Source: Eledone cirrhosa
Lineage: Eukaryota
Assembly: GCA_964016885.1 (NCBI GenBank)
Contig: OZ024754.1
Location: forward strand, 25,110,001-25,174,000
Direction: 5' to 3'
DNA: 64,000 nucleotides
Each line of letters begins with the position of its first letter. Positions within the stretch are counted from its first letter, which is position 1. This document shows, piece by piece, positions 56,821 through 64,000 of this stretch. The position numbers and the translations under genes are program-made. The notes beneath the pieces are model-generated. The model did no database searches, was not told the origin of the DNA, and saw only the letters and a program-made list of their open reading frames with translations.

Positions 56821-58393
56821 TTCTACATAACCTCCTTCAAGGTTTACAATTTGTTGAAGTGATTTGTTTAGCTGTGATAATCAAATATAAACCAAGATAT
56901 AAAAAAAACTAGGTTATGCAAAAAAATATAACATGAACATGAATTGTAGGGCTTATACAAATAGATGTGTGTTTTGGTAGTTTGGAGAGAAAAATGTAAT
57001 TATTGGGGGATGGCATGCTTAAAAGAATACCGTGACAACAGCTTGGGGTCCTTCACTCCCAGTTAGCTTACTATGCGTCCTGACACCAGCCAGGGCAATT
57101 TATAAGTTCCTATGCACTGATTGGTTGTCCAATTCAGAAATGCTATCACCGCCCCTGACATGTGCTGAGGAGTCCTATGTTTGGAGTTTTTCCCCTTTAC
57201 TAACTCCAGTTTTTGTTTTTATCCGCTTTCATCCTGTTTTATTATCCTGTTACCCATGGTTTTCTGTTTTTTCTCCTGTTTCACCGTTTTTTTGGTCCTC
57301 GCCACTGTTATACCCTGTATCTGTTTTTTCTCCTGTTTCACCCTGTTCCTCACCACTGTTATCCTTCGTATCTGTTTTTTCTTCTGTTTTACCCTGGTTC
57401 TGCCAACTGTTATCCCCCAGTATCTGTTTTTTCTTCTGTTTTACCCTGGTCCTGCCAACTGTTATCCCCCAGTATCTGTTTTTCCCTCCCATTTCCCTTT
57501 ATTTTTTACTCCAGCTTTGCTCTATTTCCATTTAATTTTCTGTTATCCCAGTTTCTGTTTTCTCTCCTGTTTTCCCTGTTTTTCTGTTCTTTTTCTTGGT
57601 TACCTCTAGTTTGTGCCCTTGTTTTTATCTGTTTTTCAGTTACCTCTGGATTCAGTTTTTTCTCTTATCTCACGTTTCGGTATTTCTCTTTCAGCCAACC
57701 TTTTATTAAATCTAATTTGTTCCAGATCCTGATTAGTTTCTACAAAACTTTGTTACCTCATCAATTAAAGAATAAATATTTAGGGTTTATTTGTTAATGC
57801 AAAACTTTCTTCTTCCTTTTCTCTTGTAGTTATTCTCTTTAAATTGCAATCTATTTTAGTTTTCTTATTTATTTTCTTCTTCACATGAATATTCTTTATC
57901 TGTAGTTGTACACTCCTCTTCTTGTTACTCCTCCTCGCGCCTACCCCTTCCTTAGATCTCTATTGTTTCATGTATTGAATGCAAATTTTGTCTGAGTTTA
58001 AATTTTCTTATTTATTTTCTTTACAACAAACATCTTTCTCTGTAGTTACACCCTTCTCCACTCCCCATGTTATTTATTCTTTATAATATAGTGTGCAATG
58101 TTAACCTGCTTCACATCATTGCAACATTTCATGTTTATATACCACGTTTGGTAAATATACTAAAATTATTGTTTAGTTTAAAATTATCACCTCTTTATAT
58201 TGAACCATTACATTTCACATTTCGTTGGCAATAGTTCTGTTGCAGCAGGTACTGATTTAATTACACCTGTTTCAGTAGATACTGATTAAATTACACCTGT
58301 TGCAGTAGATACTGATTGAATTATACCTGGATTTTGTCAAACTGTTTTCTGGGGACTATCACTTAACAACAACACTGAGACAAACAGATAACC

Positions 58394-61300
58394 ATGGATA
58401 TTCTCAGTTTTTTAACCATACCAAAATGTGTTCTCCTCTTAGTTACTGTCCTGCTCTTTTATATGTAAGTAAAATATTTATATTAATTTTCGCCATAAAT
58501 CAGTTGTCCTTTACTCATGATTAATCTCTCTCCACGGTTTCTCTAGCCAGATCCCACCAAATGTTTCTCTTTTTTCTCGACAGTGTTCCTCTAATCAGTT
58601 GTACACGACCCTACGACCAGCATCATTTATTCCCTTGTTACCTACAATTCCCACCTCCTCGACTCCCCAGTGTACTATCATCCAAATTTTCGTTTCTACA
58701 TCATTCTGGAACGATTATTTATTTCATTCAAACCAGATCACAATCTGTTCATAGTTTTTACATTCCTTGTCACACGCATTCTCACTAGTCTACTTGTTTT
58801 GGACGGGTTTATTCACCTTCTACATCTTTGACTGGCTTATATGCAGTGCCAGATTAACTAGTATGCTTTGTTGGCCAATCCGGGATACCATCTTCCAGGC
58901 CCAAAAATCTTTTATGCTGAATTTTTCAAATGTTTTTCAAATACCAAACGTCCACAGGGGGCCTCATAACTTAACTTGCAGAGGGCTTCAATTCTCATAA
59001 TTCCTTGACTGGTTCATATGTACCTAAACATGTTCAACCTATTCCATTAACTATTAACTTGGATCTCTCCTATTTAGATATTTCTCTTCTAACAACTTCG
59101 GGTGTATATTATTTTACACATTACTGTTATTTCATTTTATTTAGTTCAAGGATAGTTGAAATATATAAGTGAGTGTTTTGTCCCTAGAAGTTAAGGGTCG
59201 AAACACTTGCTTGTGTGGGGTTTTTTCTCTGAAGACCCATCTCTCCTGAGTGTTTCCTACCGCTATATTATTTTACATATTACAATGATTTCATTTTATT
59301 AGTTCAAGAATAATTGCAATATCTAAACTGTCTTTAACTGTAATAATCTGATATTAAATATATTATAATTTCTTATTCTAATTATAATAGGCTGTCTAAA
59401 AGACCATACAGTTTCTTTAAAAATCTCAATATTCCTGGCCCAGAACCATGTATACTTATCGGCAATATATTTGGTATTTCATGGAAGGTAAGAAGGCTTT
59501 TTAATTTTACACACTTATTTTGTATCAGTGTTAATATTTTCATAATATTTATGAAGATATTTAAGGACAGATGAATTGATGGGCAAAATTTGTAACAACA
59601 TGCTCATTGTACCGGAGCTTTGATCTCTCGATTCAGAGAAGTAGTGGTTCTACCTGGGGCAACACACTTATCTCCGAACTACACTAAGTCAGTAACCAAA
59701 GAACAAATTCTTCTTCTTCTTAAAATTCATGGAGAACTTTTCCATCTCTCCCAAATGTTCTAGTTTACTCTTTTCTCTTTCTGTTTTCATTTGAAATTTT
59801 GAGTGGCCATTATCTTTCTCTTTTTGTTGAGAAAGAGGAATGCAATCCACAAACAATATTCATTGTTGAGCACAGAACAAAAGGCAGAAGATTTTGAGCT
59901 TGGCTGGTCTCACTCGGGGATCCAACTGGATCAGTGGGAGACGGTGGCTTCTGACAGGACCTGCTGGAAGATGTTTTTGAGGATTCTGTGCCCTCGACCT
60001 TCTCAAGAATAAGTGGGTGAAGAAAAAGAAAAAGAACTGGTTGAATGTAGTTCACTTTGTGTTCCTAAGATCTTTAATGATGAATATCACACTTCTGATA
60101 ATCTTTTAACTAAAACATTTGTTTTGTAAATAGTCAGGTAAAATCCAACTTCTATGTACAATTTAATTATTTTATTTCAGGGAATGGCTCAATTTGACAA
60201 TGAAGTGCATCAGAAATATGGGAGTGTAACTGGGTATGAAGATTTTGATATTTCTTTCTTAATATATGAATATATCTTAATCGGGATAAATATTCTATTA
60301 AATGTCAATAATCTTGAAAATGAATTCTTTGTAAAAGTTTCAGTTTAGCTGATGACAGTAATAAAGCGTTAAATAATTGACAATTAAAAACAAATTAGTT
60401 AATTAGAAAAGCTATGTGCTTTGCCTTCTCCTCCTTACCACACACACAACCCACACTGCCACCTCCATTAACCCATATCCTTGCCAATCCTCTCCAGCCC
60501 CTTAACATACATATGTACATAAAGAAAATAATATATAACTCTACAATAGAACAACCAGTTATCAAATTTATGCTGATATAAATTGACCAATAAGTTATGT
60601 AAGCTGGTCAGTCAGCTACCATGATATAAAACAATCATTACGATACCTTCCAGGAGATAGTCAATCTAGTTTTTTTCATTTGTAATGTTAAGCAGTCATT
60701 ACAATGGTAGGTAGCGCAAGTTAGTTAGTGGTGGAAGATATTCGTTCTGAGGTCAGATCTACAACTGAAGTATATTTACATTTATACAATTGTGAATTAA
60801 TATATTTGACGTTTATATCTAATTTTTACAGACATTACATTGGTTCTCGTCCTGTTCTAGTGGTCAGTGATGCAGAGATGGCAAAAGAAATTTGTGTCAA
60901 AAAGTTTCCTTTGTTTACTAACAGATACGTATGTTTCTTACTTTCTTTTATTTGTAATATTTTAAATCCACACATTAATGAGGTTAATTTAACCCTTTAA
61001 CATTTACATTACTGTAGCATCTATTTACTATTATGGCATCCATATTTACTATTATATTTTCACGGCAAAGGCTTTACCTCACATAATTATCTCACATAAT
61101 ATCGAATCTATGATATTTTGATATTATTTATTCTGAGAACAATACCTTAACATCATTATGAGTGGCCAGTTACAGACAGTTTGAACAGAAAGAGGTGGGG
61201 TAATTCTGGCCAGATATAGCTGGTTTAAATGCTAAAGGATTAATAAACTTTCGTATTCCTGTCTACTTCATGAATTGGTTTTAACTTTCTATTTTCCCAT

Positions 61301-64000
61301 AAGTTTTAGACAACTAAATTCATATATTTCAACATTTGTAGGAGAAAATCTATTAATTTGTAATGTTCATGTTAGTAGAAGGACAGGAACTTTGTAGAGA
61401 AAACTAATGAAATACTCATCAATTATGCAATATTGATCTTTGCAGTAAAATTGCACCAGGAATGATTTAGCTAATATCAAACAACAAATCCATAAAGAAA
61501 TTTCAATGAATTTAATGGGAATACTTTGTGTAGAGTGACAAAATATAGCTCTATCTCCACCAAATATATAAATTGTTAATGAGAAAAAAGATTCCATGAC
61601 ATGTATAGCAGTGGTACCTGGCGTTGCACAGGATAAGGTATTTTGGAACGTGGGCCACCAACAGACTTAAATGTGTAAAAACTGCATGTGTGGACAATAT
61701 GTAAAGAAAATAAACTTAATACTCTGATGGCTGGATAATCTTTAAGATTTTCCTCAATGAAGCAGGAAAAATGCAGGCTTTCATAAAAAAATTTGATTTT
61801 CTTTGCTCACGGTATGAAGAAGAGACTGACTAATACATAGTTACAATTTCAAGGAAATCAGTCTGACTTAATGACTCTAAAAACCCCTAAAAACCTGAAA
61901 AAACGCAGTTTTTAAACTAACGCAGGCCCTAGGGGATCAAAAAGCTGAATTTTTTATGTGCATAACACTCCCTGATACATAAGTAACAGACATGTAAAGT
62001 TTGAAAAAAGTCGGTTGAGTACTTCTCGAGTTTTAGGATTCACACAAACACACACACACACAGACACACATACACACACACACACAGAGACAGACATCCT
62101 CAGGGAAGTGACGTAATGCAGACAGCCAGACATACAGACAGATATTATCAGGGCGCGACGTTATATGTATGTATCTATCTAAAAAGAGAAAGACTAAGAA
62201 TTATAGAGAGAGATCGCTAAATCGCCTACTGCGGTCCCTAGGGCATCGAAAATTTGAAATTGCTCAGAACACTCCCTGAAACACACACACACACAGACAT
62301 CCTCAGTTTTATATATATATAGATAACATACATAAAGTTATGATATATATAAATAGATGCTATGTATAAAGATATATATAACCATTAACATTTATCAGGG
62401 ACCGTAAATCCATCACTTGACTACTTCTTTAAATTTGTTGATCATATCTGATCAGCATTAAAAGTTGTTTTTATCAACAAATAAATGGCATTATTATATA
62501 AGCTATCCTCACCAAAGTTTTGCAAGACTTTCGTTTAAGCTTGCCATATCTTTCATAAAACAATACCATCTACAAGTTGGTCTTCTCTCTCCATTTTTAT
62601 TTTTATGAGATCTAATATAAGTTACAGATAAATGTTTTTTTCCGATGTCAAATCCATAGTTTGTACACATCTCAATGCAGTTTACTAACGATATATAGTC
62701 AGATGTAATAGATTTCTGAGAAAGATTTTATAAATTATCCTCTATATTTCAAAGGATGTGTTCCCGGCAAACGAAGTTAGTGATAAATTCCTAAGTTTTC
62801 TCAAGGACTATCATTGGAAATTTACCCGTACCATAATGCTACCATTATTTAGTACCAGGCATTTTAAGCACGTAAGTTTGAATTCATCTTACACTGTTTT
62901 ATTTCTCTTTATCTTATCATAGTGCAAGTAGGGAGATAGTTAGGGGACCCAGAAGGACATAAGTCTCCAATGCTATTGGTTCAGCGATAAACCTATCAGA
63001 AAAAGACAGCTACTTCAATAGCTTGTGATGTTTAGCTTGTTGGGTAACGAAACATGGATCTGTTATTGAATTTTTCCAGATAAAATGTCACTGCATGTTG
63101 CATCCGAGATGAGAGGCTTATCACCGCAGAGTGTGAAGATTGTGATACCATCTGGCCTTTTGCTGTTCTCTTGGTCTAACCCCACCGGTTCGAGCTCTGA
63201 TTAGAAGCCAGCAGTGTCCAAGTCATAATGATCTCATTGAGAGCGGGATGGCATGAGGGGCAAACCACACTGAGGTGGAATGACAGATAGTGAAAGCCAA
63301 AAATATCAACAGTTGAACCGAAGTGGCATTTATGTTGTTTGAAGATCTTGATGTCCAGCCCAAGGGAACCAGCCATGTGCAGGCAGACGCTGTCCAGCTG
63401 AGCACAAGTTAACACAAGGGCACAGTTTTTAGTCAGGCACTACATTAGAGTTGGGAGTTGGAGTGGAATCATGTCAGATGCGAAGCTTTTTAGCATTGAA
63501 AAGATTGGACTGGGGTGCAAAGAAATTCCAGATTATTGTATACTGGGAAAACTTTATTGGGTTGCATGATTATTGTAACTTATGTTTAGTATGGAAAAAG
63601 AATGTTATCAGAGGACCTGTATGGTTCGGTAGATGTAAAATATAGCTAGCTTGTTTAGAGAAGCAACATATGCTATAGCTGTAGTGAGAGAATTGTTGGG
63701 TCTAGGTGGATGTAAAATATAACTAGCTTGATCAGAGGATCAAGATATGGCATAGCTGTAGTGAGAGAGTTGCCGGGATGAAGAGATAGGCCATTATATT
63801 AAATGTGGACTGTGATTAGAGGAAATATTCTATCAAGAAATCAAAAATTACCTCTCCTTAATATTTACAGCAATACAGCTCACAAAGAAAGAGTAATAAA
63901 ACAATTTTGGAATTTGAAATAATTTCAGATGATGGAACTTATGAATAAAGCAGCTCAAAATCTGGAAGAAAATTTCTCTTTGTATGCTGACAAATGCAAA
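58394..64000 (+). CDS. Clan-3 (CYP3A-like) cytochrome P450, exons 1-6, open frame, continues beyond the window
   Basis: Exons 58394-58464 (MDILSFLTIPKCVLLLVTVLLFY, signal anchor), 59391-59487 (NIPGPEPCILIGNI), 60181-60233 (FDNEVHQKYG), 60832-60928 (RPVLVVSDAEMAKEICVKKF..FTNR), 62755-62871 (WKFTR, WxxxR motif) and 63929->64000. All GT-AG with consistent phases. Confidence 0.9.

Noticed and set aside
57032-57797. Overlapping hydrophobic ORFs of 142-194 aa
   Set aside because: Pyrimidine-rich degenerate tandem repeats are stop-poor; no domain recognised.
45068-64000. One continuous plus-strand CYP gene from 45 to 64 kb
   Set aside because: Exon order is 8-13 followed by 1-6, so these are two separate gene copies.

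Overview
Eukaryotic, AT- and microsatellite-rich DNA; the SINE and repeat content looks cephalopod (Octopus-like), which is an inference. (1) Positions 91-24,400 are a ~24 kb array of ~48 copies of a ~450 bp+(TA)n unit, in two arms of opposite orientation that meet at ~10.5-10.7 kb. Most units carry a 43-nt minimal type I hammerhead ribozyme motif (ACGGUG-CUGACGA-UAGCUAACAAGCUU-GAAACUAGUA^CAUCGU) with a palindromic stem III and an upstream octamer. This resembles a retrozyme or newt-satellite-2-like self-cleaving satellite and is the main finding. (2) 24.4-28.5 kb holds Gypsy integrase/LTR, hAT and SINE debris. (3) 28.7-64 kb is a clan-3 (CYP3A-like) cytochrome P450 cluster: a minus-strand pseudogene, an inverted 3'-half pseudogene abutting it head-to-head, and exons 1-6 of an apparently intact plus-strand gene that runs off the window. 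Interspersed are LINE/SINE/MITE fragments, a 73-bp intronic minisatellite, a degenerate interstitial telomeric array and a 31-bp satellite. Nearly all ORFs in the supplied track are repeat artefacts.
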